Positions 26,301-36,110 of a stretch of 60,968 nt of DNA are shown here, one piece after another. The stretch's first letter is position 1. Each line of letters opens with the position of its first letter. The translations under genes were made by a program, and so were the position numbers. The DNA is from Candidatus Aminicenantes bacterium. GTDB lineage: Bacteria > Acidobacteriota > Aminicenantia > Aminicenantales > Aminicenantaceae. The notes below the pieces were generated by a model, which saw only the letters and a program-made list of their open reading frames with translations, searched no databases and was not told the DNA's origin. The DNA is taken from assembly GCA_029882525.1 (NCBI GenBank), contig JAOUKO010000002.1, positions 1-60,968 on the forward strand, given 5' to 3'.

Positions 26301-27091
26301 GACTGTCTTCCCGGCTTCGGGATAAGTGATATCTCTGGGAGTCTGGAATGGGGGTTTTCCCTTATCTCCACATCCGCCTCGAAGACGTCTTTGATGTGAT
26401 CCTTGGTGATCATTTTTTGCGGGGGGCCTGAACCGTAGATCCGGCCTTGTTTGAGGAACATGAGTTGGTGGGAATAGGGCACGGCGAGGTTTATGTTATG
26501 CTCAGTCGTCAGGATGGTTTTCCCCTTCTCTTCTTGGAGTCGCTTGAGTATCTGGTAGATTTCGACCTGGTAATGGATGTCCAGATGGGAACTGGGTTCA
26601 TCCAGAAAAAGGAGCGGCGTGTCCTGGGCCAAAGCCCGGGCAATCATCACCCGCTGGCGTTCTCCGCCGCTGAGATGAGCGATCTTCTTTTCTTTCAGAT
26701 GGGCAGTCTGGGTGAGGTCCATGACTTCGTCAATGATCCCTGAGTCAACAGCCGAAGTCCCTCCCCACCGGCCCTGATGGGCGTATCTTCCCATGTGTAT
26801 GATCTCTGTCACACTGAACTCGAAGGTCAAACCGGATATCTGAGGCACGTAGGCTATTTTTTTGGCGATTTGTCTGGGATTCAGTGAGAAAAGGTCTTCT
26901 CCCTCGACCTCGATCCGACCGGATACATTCTTCAGAAGGCCTTGAAGGGCTTTGATCAGGGTGCTTTTCCCGGAGCCGTTTTGGCCGAGGATAGAGATGA
27001 ATTCCCCTTGTTCCAGGAAAAAAGAGATGTCTGTAATGACATATCCGTTCTCGTACCCGGCACAAAGGTTTGTGACATCAAGAATAGTCAT
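26297..27091 (-). CDS. ABC transporter ATP-binding protein (FecE/BtuD-like)
   Basis: Walker A GQNGSGKST, signature LSGGERQR, Walker B LLFLDEP. Confidence 0.85.
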   Translation of the reverse strand: MTILDVTNLCAGYENGYVITDISFFLEQGEFISILGQNGSGKSTLIKALQGLLKNVSGRIEVEGEDLFSLNPRQIAKKIAYVPQISGLTFEFSVTEIIHMGRYAHQGRWGGTSAVDSGIIDEVMDLTQTAHLKEKKIAHLSGGERQRVMIARALAQDTPLLFLDEPSSHLDIHYQVEIYQILKRLQEEKGKTILTTEHNINLAVPYSHQLMFLKQGRIYGSGPPQKMITKDHIKDVFEADVEIRENPHSRLPEISLIPKPGRQS

Positions 27092-27158
27092 CTCTGAAAG
27101 CGGAAGGCCCTGCCTTCTCCTGTCAGGAAGAAATCTGACTCAAATTTATGATTTTTTA

Positions 27159-27187
27159 ATTCTTTTCTAAAAGACCATTTTTGTCAA
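27159..27187 (-). promoter_or_regulatory. Sigma-70-like promoter for the ABC importer operon
   Basis: The minus strand reads TTGACA-17 nt-AAGAAT, about 70 nt upstream of the ATG at 27091 and immediately beside repeat copy 4. Confidence 0.35.
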
Positions 27188-27201
27188 GCTGGGGTCGGAA
27201 G

Positions 27202-27373
27202 AATCTCTATTTCCATGACAATTAATTATGAATGTGTAATCTGTTAAAGCGCCGGTTCCCCTCCATCCTTGCCAAGACCCTCCCGCCCTCCTTCATGGGC
27301 TTCGGATGGAGGAGAACCGTCGCCGCAATTCTCCATTAGGTCAGATGTTGCCCTTATCACGGATATAGAGATG
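27202..27373 (+). repeat. Mosaic palindromic repeat, copy 4 (minimal 172-bp form H-A-T, no B element)
   Basis: AATCTCTATTTCCATGA...TCACGGATATAGAGATG. Hairpin A stems at 27249-27268 and 27304-27319. Confidence 0.85.
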
Positions 27374-27394
27374 ATTATGTTGCGGTCAGATTTC

Positions 27395-27423
27395 TTGACT
27401 TTTAAGGGTAATGAATCTAACAT
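27395..27423 (+). promoter_or_regulatory. Sigma-70-like promoter for leuS
   Basis: TTGACT-17 nt-TAACAT, 22 nt outside the repeat TIR and about 90 nt upstream of the ATG at 27512. Confidence 0.35.
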
Positions 27424-27511
27424 TTATGATTGAATTTCTGGAGCGGAAAAACAGAAGAGAAGTCCTTTCTCTTCCTTTTTCTCCGTAAAAGAAGTTGAGG
27501 AACCGCGAGAA

Positions 27512-29989
27512 ATGAAAGATGATTACGATTTTCTGAAGATCGAAGAGAAGTGGCAGAAGATCTGGGAGAAGGAAGGGTCGTTTCAGTCCTGTGAAGACCC
27601 TCAAAAGACAAAGTATTACTGCCTCGAAATGTATCCCTATCCCTCTGGACGAATACACATGGGACAGGTCCGGAATTACACCATCGGTGATGTCATCTCT
27701 CGCTACATGTTCATGAAGGGATTTAACGTCATCCACCCCATAGGCTGGGATGCTCTGGGGATGCCAGCCGAGAATGCAGCTATTACGGAGGGAATTCATC
27801 CCCAAAAGTGGACTCTGGATAACATTGACCATATGAGAGGCCAGTTGAAACGGCTGGGATTCAGCTATGATTGGTCGAGAGAAGTGAACACCTGTTTGCC
27901 GGAGTACTACAAGTGGAACCAATGGATTTTCCTGAAGATGTTTGACCGCGGCTTGGCCTACCGCAAGGAGAGCTGGGTGAACTGGTGTCCGCAGTGCCAG
28001 ACCGTTCTGGCCAACGAACAGGTCATCGGAGACCGATGCTGGCGGTGTGATTCCCTGGTCAAGCAGAAAAAGATGGAGCAGTGGTTCTTGAAGATAACCG
28101 ATTACGGAGAAGAGCTGCTCTCCGGCCATGAGCTTCTGGAAAAATGGCCTGAGCATGTCCTTCTCATGCAGAAAAACTGGATCGGGAGGAGCACAGGAGC
28201 TCACGTCACTTTTCCTCTTCTTGATTCTTCCCGGTCCATCGAAGTTTTCACCACCAGGGTCGACACGATATACGGCGCGACTTTTATCTCCCTTTCGCCT
28301 GAACATCCCCTCAGCCAGGAGTTGATCGCCGACTCCGCAGAAAAAGAGAGGTTGAGAGAGTGGATAGAGAGAAATGTCAAGGCCATGCGCCTCAGGAAGG
28401 ACCTCGGAGATTTGGAGAAGGAAGGTGTCGACACCGGCAAAAAAGCCATCAATCCTTACAACGGCAAGGAAATACCGGTATGGATCTCCAATTACGTCTT
28501 GATGGAATACGGGACCGGCGCTATCATGGCTGTCCCCGCCCATGACCAGAGGGATTTCGAGTTTGCCCGGAAATACTCCCTGCCTATTTTGGAAGTCATC
28601 GTTCCCGAGGGGGAATCTCCCAAGGGGGAGCTTGATGAGGCTTTCGAAGGATACGGGGTGCTCGTCAACTCCGGGCCCTTTTCCGGCCTGAAAAGTGAAG
28701 AGGCGATGGAAGAGATGGCCCGGCATGCCGATGAAAACAATTTTGGCAGGAAAAGCGTGCTCTACCGCCTCCGGGATTGGGGGATTTCCCGGCAGCGTTA
28801 CTGGGGGACGCCGATTCCCATCATCTACTGTCAGAAATGCGGGATCGTCGGAGTTCCCTATGGGGACCTGCCCGTCCTCCTCCCCCCTGAGGTGGAATTT
28901 ACCGGGGAAGAGGGTTCCCCTCTTGAGAATGTGGAGAGTTTTATTAAGACCACTTGCCCCAAATGCAAGGGGGAAGCCAGGCGGGAGACAGACACCATGG
29001 ATACTTTCTTTGATTCCTCCTGGTATTACTTCCGTTACACCTCAGCCCATGAAGAAAAGTCGCCTTTCAATCCCCAGAATGCGGATTACTGGCTGCCGGT
29101 TGATCTTTATATCGGTGGTGTGGAGCATGCCATCCTCCACCTGATTTATGCCCGCTTTTTCTGCAAGTTTTTCAGGGATTTTGGCCTGACCGCAGTCGAT
29201 GAGCCTTTTCCCCGGCTGCTGGCTCAAGGCATGGTGGTCAAGGACGGGGCTAAGATGTCCAAATCCAAGGGGAACGTGGTCGATCCCGATGACATAGTTG
29301 AGAAATTCGGGGCGGACACACTGAGGCTTTTTATTCTCTTTGCCTCGCCTCCGGAGAAAGAGTTCATCTGGAATGATGAAGGGATAGAGGGATGCTTCAG
29401 ATTCTTGAATCGCCTTTGGGCGATCGTTCATGAAAACCGGGACCTGTACGCAGAAAAGGCTGCTGCTCCAAAGGGAAAGATGGGAGAAGAAGCGAAGATG
29501 TTGAGGATCAAGATGCACCAGACCATAAGAAAAGTCAGCGAAGATATCGAGATAAGATACCATTTGAACACCGCTATCAGCTCTTTGATGGAATTTTATA
29601 ACCAGATAAAGAGGGATAAAGAGAGTTTGAGGCAGAGCCAGCCGGGAAGAGTCGTGTTGAGGGAATCCCTGGAGAGTCTCGTCCTGCTTCTTTCCCCCTT
29701 CGCTCCTCACATCTGCGAAGAGCTTTGGGAGAGGACTGGCCACGAGGACTTCCTCTTCCGGACTCCCTGGCCGTCGTTTGATCCTGTACTCGCCAGTGAG
29801 GAAAGAGTCACTGTTGTTGTCCAGGTCAACGGCAAGCTGAGGGATAAATTTGAGATAGAGAGGGATTCATCCCAAGAGGAAGTCAAAGAAAAGGCGCTCG
29901 CTTTGAGCCGGATACAAGCTATCGTTGGGGACAGGAAGCTGAGGAAGATCATTCACGTTAAGAATAAGTTGATTAACATAGTGATATAG
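27512..29989 (+). CDS. leuS: Leucyl-tRNA synthetase
   Basis: YPSGRIHMGQVRNY (HIGH-type), editing domain, KMSKSKGN (KMSKS). Confidence 0.95.
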   Translation: MKDDYDFLKIEEKWQKIWEKEGSFQSCEDPQKTKYYCLEMYPYPSGRIHMGQVRNYTIGDVISRYMFMKGFNVIHPIGWDALGMPAENAAITEGIHPQKWTLDNIDHMRGQLKRLGFSYDWSREVNTCLPEYYKWNQWIFLKMFDRGLAYRKESWVNWCPQCQTVLANEQVIGDRCWRCDSLVKQKKMEQWFLKITDYGEELLSGHELLEKWPEHVLLMQKNWIGRSTGAHVTFPLLDSSRSIEVFTTRVDTIYGATFISLSPEHPLSQELIADSAEKERLREWIERNVKAMRLRKDLGDLEKEGVDTGKKAINPYNGKEIPVWISNYVLMEYGTGAIMAVPAHDQRDFEFARKYSLPILEVIVPEGESPKGELDEAFEGYGVLVNSGPFSGLKSEEAMEEMARHADENNFGRKSVLYRLRDWGISRQRYWGTPIPIIYCQKCGIVGVPYGDLPVLLPPEVEFTGEEGSPLENVESFIKTTCPKCKGEARRETDTMDTFFDSSWYYFRYTSAHEEKSPFNPQNADYWLPVDLYIGGVEHAILHLIYARFFCKFFRDFGLTAVDEPFPRLLAQGMVVKDGAKMSKSKGNVVDPDDIVEKFGADTLRLFILFASPPEKEFIWNDEGIEGCFRFLNRLWAIVHENRDLYAEKAAAPKGKMGEEAKMLRIKMHQTIRKVSEDIEIRYHLNTAISSLMEFYNQIKRDKESLRQSQPGRVVLRESLESLVLLLSPFAPHICEELWERTGHEDFLFRTPWPSFDPVLASEERVTVVVQVNGKLRDKFEIERDSSQEEVKEKALALSRIQAIVGDRKLRKIIHVKNKLINIVI

Positions 29990-30051
29990 ATTTTTTCCGG
30001 AATTGGCATGAGAAAATGGTTCTCTTCCATTGTGTGTAAGTAATTTTATGA

Positions 30052-30114
30052 GTAAAATACGCGGAAATGGCATCGCTCCCTTCAGGTTTTTAACGCCATT
30101 CCCGTGTATTTTAC
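30052..30114 (+). repeat. D hairpin repeat, copy D1
   Basis: GTAAAATACGCGGAAATGGCAT..loop..ACGCCATTCCCGTGTATTTTAC forms a ~22-bp stem. About 90% identical to 51992-52052. Confidence 0.8.
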
Positions 30115-30149
30115 CTACACTACCTGGAAGAGAATCGAAAAAATTAATT

Positions 30150-30644
30150 GTGTTACTTCTCGTCTGCCTGTTTCTCTTCCAGTGCGGATATCATCTCCGG
30201 GGGACAGGGAGCTTTCTCCCTCCTCATATAAAGAGAGTCAGCGTTCCGATGTTTAAAAACCTGACCACACGCTTTGAGCTGGACCTGAAGTTGACCCACA
30301 GCGTGATCGATGAACTCGTGGCAAGGGGTAAAGTTGAGATTATGGAAGATATTCAGTCTGCTGATGCCGTTCTGATCGGGGAGATTGTCGACTTCAGAGC
30401 GACTCCGATTGCTTTTGCCAGGGACGCTTCGGCTGATCGGTACAATATTATCGTTGTCACCAGAATCACTTTGAAGGACCTTGTCACCAAGAAGGTTATT
30501 TTCTCCAACCCTAATTTTCGTTACCATGAGGAATACGAAGTGCCGGAAGGGTTGGATTTTGAGACCGTGGAATCAGAAGCTTTGGACAAGATCGCAGAGA
30601 AATTCGCCCGGAGCTTGGTGACCAACATCCTGGAAGGATTTTAG
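30150..30644 (+). CDS. lptE: LPS-assembly lipoprotein LptE
   Basis: Lipobox-like LFLFQCGYHLRG (compare E. coli CGWHLR). The leuS-lptE-holA order is conserved. The start is uncertain: an in-frame GTG at 30150 is used here because the ATGs at 30030 and 30048 would translate through the D1 repeat. Confidence 0.75.
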   Translation: MLLLVCLFLFQCGYHLRGTGSFLPPHIKRVSVPMFKNLTTRFELDLKLTHSVIDELVARGKVEIMEDIQSADAVLIGEIVDFRATPIAFARDASADRYNIIVVTRITLKDLVTKKVIFSNPNFRYHEEYEVPEGLDFETVESEALDKIAEKFARSLVTNILEGF

Positions 30645-30647
30645 GGG

Positions 30648-31736
30648 GTGTATAGTTTTTTTCTGAACCGGGAGATCAACGAGGAGTCTCTTGTTCTTTG
30701 TTATTTTCTACACGGGGAAGAGACCTTCCTTGCCTTCCAGTTCATCGAAGAGCTAAGAGAAGCCCTGGTTACGAAGGAAGTCCGGGAATATAACGTAGAA
30801 CGGTTCAACCTGGATGAGAATTCCTGGGCAGAAATCATCGATCTGGCTCGGACCATTCCCTTTTTTCTGTCTCCCTGGCGCATCATCGTGGTCGAAGGCT
30901 CAAAAGGAAGAAGGGAAAACCTCTCTTCCCTCGACCAGAAAATATTAGAGGACTATTTTTCTTCTCCTTCTTCGAGGACTCTCATCGTCATCATCTTCTC
31001 AGGGAAAATAAGAAAAAACAGCTCCTTATTCAAGTTTTTCAAATCACTCCCCTCGTCTCTAGTGCAATCCAGGGAATTGAGGCCTTTGAAGGATAGGCCG
31101 CTCTATACCTGGATGTTGAAAAAGTTTTCGTCTCAAGGGAAGTCGGCCACGCCCGAGGCAATGAGAAGGCTTGAGGAGCTTACAGGAAATGACCTCCGCC
31201 AGATCAACAACGAGGTGGAAAAGCTCATAACGTTCACCGGTGAGAAGGCGGTCATCGAGCTGGATGACGTGAACCAAATCTCCGGCTGGGTAAAAAGCTT
31301 CTTCGAGTGGGAGATGTCTGACAGCCTGGCCAAAGCTGATTTTGAGCAATGTCTTCTTGCACTGAGCAGCTTATTCAAGGAAGGGATTAAGCCTGTGTAT
31401 ATCCTCGGCCTGGTGGTCAGATTTTTCCGGGATATCTTATTGGCCAAGCTCTTGGTGAAAGAGAAAAATACAGATAAAAAAGCGATATTCAAGGAGTTGC
31501 GGCCCCAAATCCAGGAAAAGTTTGGAGATTTCTATTCCGCCAAGTTTAAAGAGTTTTTCTCTTTAGTGGATATGTTCTCCATGCAGGATTTGCATCATAT
31601 CCTGGCTGAGCTGGAAGAAGTGGATATTAAGATGAAAACATCAGACTCAAACCCCAAGACACTTCTGGAGACCTTCCTCTTTGATTATTGCCGTTCTCGG
31701 AGAATGGAAAAAACTACTTGGAGGGAGGAGAGGTGA
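30648..31736 (+). CDS. holA: DNA polymerase III subunit delta
   Basis: GTG start. YFLHGEETFL N-terminus, about 360 aa, positioned after lptE. Confidence 0.75.
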   Translation: MYSFFLNREINEESLVLCYFLHGEETFLAFQFIEELREALVTKEVREYNVERFNLDENSWAEIIDLARTIPFFLSPWRIIVVEGSKGRRENLSSLDQKILEDYFSSPSSRTLIVIIFSGKIRKNSSLFKFFKSLPSSLVQSRELRPLKDRPLYTWMLKKFSSQGKSATPEAMRRLEELTGNDLRQINNEVEKLITFTGEKAVIELDDVNQISGWVKSFFEWEMSDSLAKADFEQCLLALSSLFKEGIKPVYILGLVVRFFRDILLAKLLVKEKNTDKKAIFKELRPQIQEKFGDFYSAKFKEFFSLVDMFSMQDLHHILAELEEVDIKMKTSDSNPKTLLETFLFDYCRSRRMEKTTWREER

Positions 31737-31992
31737 TCATTTCGACCTGGTGGCTTAGCCTCGATTTGTATCGGCTGCCTTTATTTTCGTGGATGGCTCC
31801 CTTTTTAACGGACTTATCGATGAGGGAGAATGTGGGCGGAAGAAGCGCCTGGGCGGTTTCCTTATCCTTATTCTGGATGGCTTCTCTTAATTTTTTGATC
31901 TGTTTGCGCAGAGTGGATTTGTTCATCTTGTTTATCGCGCTTCTGCGTAGACTTCGCCTCCACTGTCGTACGGCTGATTTGTGATAAGCCAT
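31714..31992 (-). CDS. rpsT: 30S ribosomal protein S20
   Basis: MAYHKSAVRQWRRSLRR...KKGAIHENKGSRYKSRL. AAGGAGAG lies upstream of the ATG at 31992. The longer ORF to 32112 was rejected. Confidence 0.9.
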   Translation of the reverse strand: MAYHKSAVRQWRRSLRRSAINKMNKSTLRKQIKKLREAIQNKDKETAQALLPPTFSLIDKSVKKGAIHENKGSRYKSRLSHQVEMITSPPSK

Positions 31993-32198
31993 TTCTCTCT
32001 CCTTTGTGAAAGTGGTATGATAAGATATATCTCCTTTAAAGTCAACATTTTTAGATTGATGAATCAGAAATGGATTGCCATGAGGAGACAGCAGAGCATA
32101 AAATGGAGCCAAGCTTCAGAAGATGCCTGAGCAGTCGGTCAGGACACAAACAGAAGGCCTTGATTTCTATGTCTCCGGCTGAAAACTCAGACTGAAGA

Positions 32199-33797
32199 GT
32201 GAGAATGAAGCAGACAGACCAGAACCGCAGAGTGCTGAGGTCAACTTTTGTCATGGCCTCCCCAACCTTTATGAGCAGGGTGCTGGGGTTATTCCGAGAC
32301 ATACTCCAAGCCAAATTCATGGGGACAAGCGATAGTATGGATGCCTTCACCATTGGCTATCTCATCCCTAATTTATTGCGAAGGTTGACGGCTGAGGGAG
32401 CGATGACCGCAGCTTTTATTCCCGTCTTCACTCAGATGAAAAAAGAAAAAACAAAAGAGGAGCTCTGGAGGTTTGCCAACGCCTTCTTCTACGACCTGAC
32501 CATGATCATGGCTGTTCTTATGGTTCTGGGCATGGTTTTTTCCCCTTTTCTGGTCAGGATTATCGCGCCGGGTTTTGGAGATGTTTCGGGCAAATGGGGA
32601 CTAACGGCTGTTCTCAACCGGGTCATGTTTCCTTATATATTTCTCATCAGCCTGGCTGCTCTGGCCATGGCTATTCTCAACTCATTCCATAAGTTCTTTG
32701 TTCCTGCCTTTACTCCGGTTCTTTTCAACCTGTCGATCATCATTGCGGCGCTTTTTTTTGCTCATAAAGCCGAGGAGCCTGCGATCGTGTTTGCTGTCGG
32801 GGTTGTGATCGGGGGTGTTCTCCAACTGGCCTTTCAGCTGCCTTTCCTGTGGAAAAATGGCATGCGCTTCAGGTTCGGGCTTTCCTTTGCTCATCCGGCA
32901 GTGCGTAAAGTCGGGAAGCTCATGGTCCCCGGTATGTTTGGTGCCGGAATTATTCAGATCAACTACGCCATAAGCAGGATATTTGCTTCCTTTTTAGAGG
33001 TAGGGAGTGCTTCCTCTCTCTATTTCGGCTCTAGAGTCCAGGAACTCACCCTCGGCCTGTTCGCGATCGGCCTTTCGATTGCCCTTCTGCCTACTTTTTC
33101 CGAGCAGGCTCTCCTTAAGGATATTTCGGGCATGAAAAGGACTCTCGTCTTTTCTTTCAAGTTCATATTTTTTATAACCTTTCCCGCTATGGTAGGATTG
33201 CTGATCCTCAACCGTCCCATAATTCAAGTTCTTCTGGAAAGAGGCCTCTTCAGTCCTCAATCCACTGACATGACTTCCCAGTGCCTTTTCTATTTTGCCT
33301 TTGGCCTTCCCTTTATCTCCGGTGTGAAAATTCTTTCCCCCGCTTTTTACTCCTTCAAGGATATAAAAACTCCCGTCATCGTGTCCTTTTTCGTCATGGT
33401 TGCCTACATCGGCCTGTCTTTGGTTTTGATGAATCCTCTTCGTGTCGGGGGTATTGCTCTTGCTTTATCCTTGTCTTCGGTCTTCAACTTCATCGCTCTT
33501 TTCTTTCTTTTGGAGAGGAAGATCGGGCGGATAGAGAAGAAAGGATTTGTCATATCTGGTTTAAAATCCGCCTTTTCAGCCGGCTTGATGGGGATTGCGG
33601 TCTGGTTCTTCATGAGACAGTTCGATTTCTCTCGGCTTGTTTTCTTGAAGCAGCTGGGTGTTCTGTGTGCAGCCGTGGCCTTGGGAATCCTGGTCTATTT
33701 GTTGTTGAGCCTGCTCTTTAGCCATGAAGATGTGAGAAGTTTGAAGGAAGTCCTGGCACGCGAAAAAATCACAACAGAAAGTAAGGAAAAGCGGTGA
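32199..33797 (+). CDS. murJ: Lipid II flippase MurJ
   Basis: SRVLGLFRDILQAKFMGTSDSMDAFTIGYLIPNLLRRL..EGAM..AFIPVF, about 14 TM segments. Confidence 0.9.
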   Translation: MRMKQTDQNRRVLRSTFVMASPTFMSRVLGLFRDILQAKFMGTSDSMDAFTIGYLIPNLLRRLTAEGAMTAAFIPVFTQMKKEKTKEELWRFANAFFYDLTMIMAVLMVLGMVFSPFLVRIIAPGFGDVSGKWGLTAVLNRVMFPYIFLISLAALAMAILNSFHKFFVPAFTPVLFNLSIIIAALFFAHKAEEPAIVFAVGVVIGGVLQLAFQLPFLWKNGMRFRFGLSFAHPAVRKVGKLMVPGMFGAGIIQINYAISRIFASFLEVGSASSLYFGSRVQELTLGLFAIGLSIALLPTFSEQALLKDISGMKRTLVFSFKFIFFITFPAMVGLLILNRPIIQVLLERGLFSPQSTDMTSQCLFYFAFGLPFISGVKILSPAFYSFKDIKTPVIVSFFVMVAYIGLSLVLMNPLRVGGIALALSLSSVFNFIALFFLLERKIGRIEKKGFVISGLKSAFSAGLMGIAVWFFMRQFDFSRLVFLKQLGVLCAAVALGILVYLLLSLLFSHEDVRSLKEVLAREKITTESKEKR

Positions 33798-34243
33798 AGA
33801 TCGTCCTGCAGAGAGTCAAACAAGCTGCAGTCGAAGTGAATAAACAAACGGTGGGGCAGATAAGCAAAGGAGTCTGCCTCCTCATCGGCGTCGAGAAGGG
33901 GGATACTGAGGAAGAGACTCTGTATTTAGCCCATAAAATCACGGAGTTAAGGATTTTTCCTGACGAAGAAGGAAAGATGAATCTTTCTCTTCTTGATATC
34001 CTGGGAGAAGTGCTTGCTGTCTCCCAGTTCACGCTTGCTGCCTCTCTGAAAAAGGGAAGGAGGCCCAGCTTTGACAACGCCGAGGACCCGGAAAGGGCGG
34101 AAAGGCTCTTTCGTTTTTTTGTGGATATGATCAAGGAGAAAGGAATTAAGGTCGAGACAGGGGTCTTCGGAGCTCTTATGGATGTCCGTTTGGTAAACGA
34201 CGGCCCTGTCACCTTCATCCTGGAGAAAAAGAAGCTTCCTTGA
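33794..34243 (+). CDS. dtd: D-aminoacyl-tRNA deacylase
   Basis: KIVLQRV, RIFPDEEGKMNLS, VSQFTL and GRRPSF. GTGA overlap with murJ. Confidence 0.9.
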   Translation: MKIVLQRVKQAAVEVNKQTVGQISKGVCLLIGVEKGDTEEETLYLAHKITELRIFPDEEGKMNLSLLDILGEVLAVSQFTLAASLKKGRRPSFDNAEDPERAERLFRFFVDMIKEKGIKVETGVFGALMDVRLVNDGPVTFILEKKKLP

Positions 34244-34278
34244 AGAATTGGGCTTTAAGGAGAGGCTTGATTCGGGAT

Positions 34279-35493
34279 TTAAACCAGTTCCAGGATATGC
34301 CCCATTTTCTCTTTCTTGGTCTTCAGGTATTTAAGGTTGTTCTTGTTGGGGGGAACTTCGAGGGGGACACGCTCGACGATCTCCAGACCGTAGCCTGACA
34401 GCCCGACGAATTTGCGCGGATTGTTGGTGATCAAACGGAGTTTGGTCGCTCCCAAGGCCACTAGAATCTGCGCGCCTATCCCATAATCTCTCTGGTCAGG
34501 TTTGAAGCCCAGCTTCTGGTTGGCCTCAACGGTGTCAGCACCATGGTCCTGGATGGCATAGGCCTTGATTTTGTTGGTGAAACCGATGCCTCTTCCTTCA
34601 TGGCCGATGATGTAGAGGATGATCCCTTTTCCTTTCTTGTCGATCATTTTCATGGCCCGCTGAAGCTGTTCCCCGCAGTCGCAGCGGATGGAACCGAAAG
34701 TGTCTCCGGTGAGGCACTGGGAGTGTGCCCTGACCAGAGTGGGCTCTCCTTCTTGGATTTCCCCTTTGACCAGAGCAATGTGATGCTCTTTGTGGATAAT
34801 GTCTTCATAGATCATGATCTTGAATTCCCCGAATTTGGTGGGAAGATGGGCTTCCTCGATTTTCTTGACAAGTGTTTCGTGATTCATCCGGTATTTTATA
34901 AGGTCAGCGATGGTCAGGATGGGGATGTTGTGAGCCCGGCTGAACTCATCCAGATGAGGCATCCTGGCCATGGTGCCGTCTTCGTCCATGATTTCGCAGA
35001 TAACCCCCGCGGGCATTAAACCGGCCATCCGGGTGAGATCGACGGCGGCTTCTGTCTGGCCGGCCCTTTCCAGAACGCCTCCTTCCCTTGCCTCTAGAGG
35101 GAAAATGTGACCAGGACGGGTGAGGTCAGAGGGTTGAGTCTGGGGATGGATGGCCGTCAATATGGTTTTAGCCCGGTCATAGGCAGAAATTCCTGTTGTC
35201 ACGCCTTCTTTGGCATCTATGGAAACAGTAAAAGCGGTTTTATAGGGAGCGGTATTGTCTCTGACCATCAGAGGAAGATGGAGCTGCTTGAGCCTCTCTC
35301 GCTTGAGGGGTAAACAGATCAAACCCCGGCCGTATTTGGTCATAAAATTGATGATCTCTGGAGTCGCTTTTTCGGCCGCGACCATAAGATCGCCTTCATT
35401 CTCCCTGTCTTCGTCATCAACGATAATGATGAGCTTTCCTGCTTTTACAGCCTTTATCGCCTGCTCGACGGACGCTGTTTTGGGTTTTTTCAT
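34279..35493 (-). CDS. ribBA: Bifunctional 3,4-dihydroxy-2-butanone-4-phosphate synthase / GTP cyclohydrolase II
   Basis: [11 protein letters not shown], then C..CDCG and GHEGRGIG. Start at MKKPKT (ATG 35493, GAGGG upstream). Confidence 0.9.
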   Translation of the reverse strand: MKKPKTASVEQAIKAVKAGKLIIIVDDEDRENEGDLMVAAEKATPEIINFMTKYGRGLICLPLKRERLKQLHLPLMVRDNTAPYKTAFTVSIDAKEGVTTGISAYDRAKTILTAIHPQTQPSDLTRPGHIFPLEAREGGVLERAGQTEAAVDLTRMAGLMPAGVICEIMDEDGTMARMPHLDEFSRAHNIPILTIADLIKYRMNHETLVKKIEEAHLPTKFGEFKIMIYEDIIHKEHHIALVKGEIQEGEPTLVRAHSQCLTGDTFGSIRCDCGEQLQRAMKMIDKKGKGIILYIIGHEGRGIGFTNKIKAYAIQDHGADTVEANQKLGFKPDQRDYGIGAQILVALGATKLRLITNNPRKFVGLSGYGLEIVERVPLEVPPNKNNLKYLKTKKEKMGHILELV

Positions 35494-35519
35494 TTTCTGC
35501 CCTCTGTTCTCTTGCTGTT

Positions 35520-36110
35520 CTATGGTTTTTCTTTGGATATCCAATTATACACGTATTTTCCGATCATGTCACATTCTATGTTTACCAGGTCTCCTCGTTT
35601 AATGTCCCTGAGGTTGGATTTTTCTATCGTGACCGGGATGAGCTCGACCTCGAACAAGGCAGAGCCGAGCTCCGCCAGAGTGAGACTGACACCATTCAGT
35701 GCGACTGAGCCTTTGGGGATGAAATAAGGTCCAAGTTCAGGAGGATAAGAAACGGCCAATCGCCTTCCGGTCCTTTTCTCGGATATTTTGAGAACCCTGC
35801 CAGTGGAATCGATGTGCCCTGTCACCAGATGGCCGCTGAGGGGAGAGGATAGAGTGAGAGGCTGTTCCAGGTTGAGTTTGGCCCCGGGTCTCAGAGAGCC
35901 TAAAGTTGTTTTCTGGAGCGTTTCCTGGGAGAGGTTGAAGTAGAAAATACTTTTTTCTCTCTTGCTAATGGTCAGGCAGACGCCGTTTACGGCCAAGCTT
36001 TCTCCGATCTCCATTCGGTAGATGTCGGAAGGCACCTCAACAGCCATTTCCTGTTTTCCCCGTCGATAGCCTTTGAACCGGCCTAAATGATGAATGATTC
36101 CAGTAAACAT
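35520..36110 (-). CDS. ribE: Riboflavin synthase
   Basis: [10 protein letters not shown] with duplicated [10 protein letters not shown] / [10 protein letters not shown] lumazine-binding repeats. Confidence 0.9.
   Translation of the reverse strand: MFTGIIHHLGRFKGYRRGKQEMAVEVPSDIYRMEIGESLAVNGVCLTISKREKSIFYFNLSQETLQKTTLGSLRPGAKLNLEQPLTLSSPLSGHLVTGHIDSTGRVLKISEKRTGRRLAVSYPPELGPYFIPKGSVALNGVSLTLAELGSALFEVELIPVTIEKSNLRDIKRGDLVNIECDMIGKYVYNWISKEKP

Noticed and set aside
27092-27201. Possible cobalamin riboswitch upstream of the BtuFCD-like operon; GACAGGAGAAGGCAGGG vaguely recalls a B12 box.
   Set aside because: Only about 110 nt are available before repeat copy 4. The conserved GGTGAAA/GCCACTG-type core elements are absent, and the B12-box match is poor.
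27386-28726. A 446-aa ORF antisense to leuS, plus similar long antisense ORFs at 1435-1980, 4877-5572, 29042-29743, 33769-34218 and 45296-46063.
   Set aside because: Each lies opposite a gene with unmistakable family motifs (leuS HIGH/KMSKS, pseudopilin, PEPCK-like, dtd, hprK). None has recognisable motifs of its own. They are typical shadow frames.
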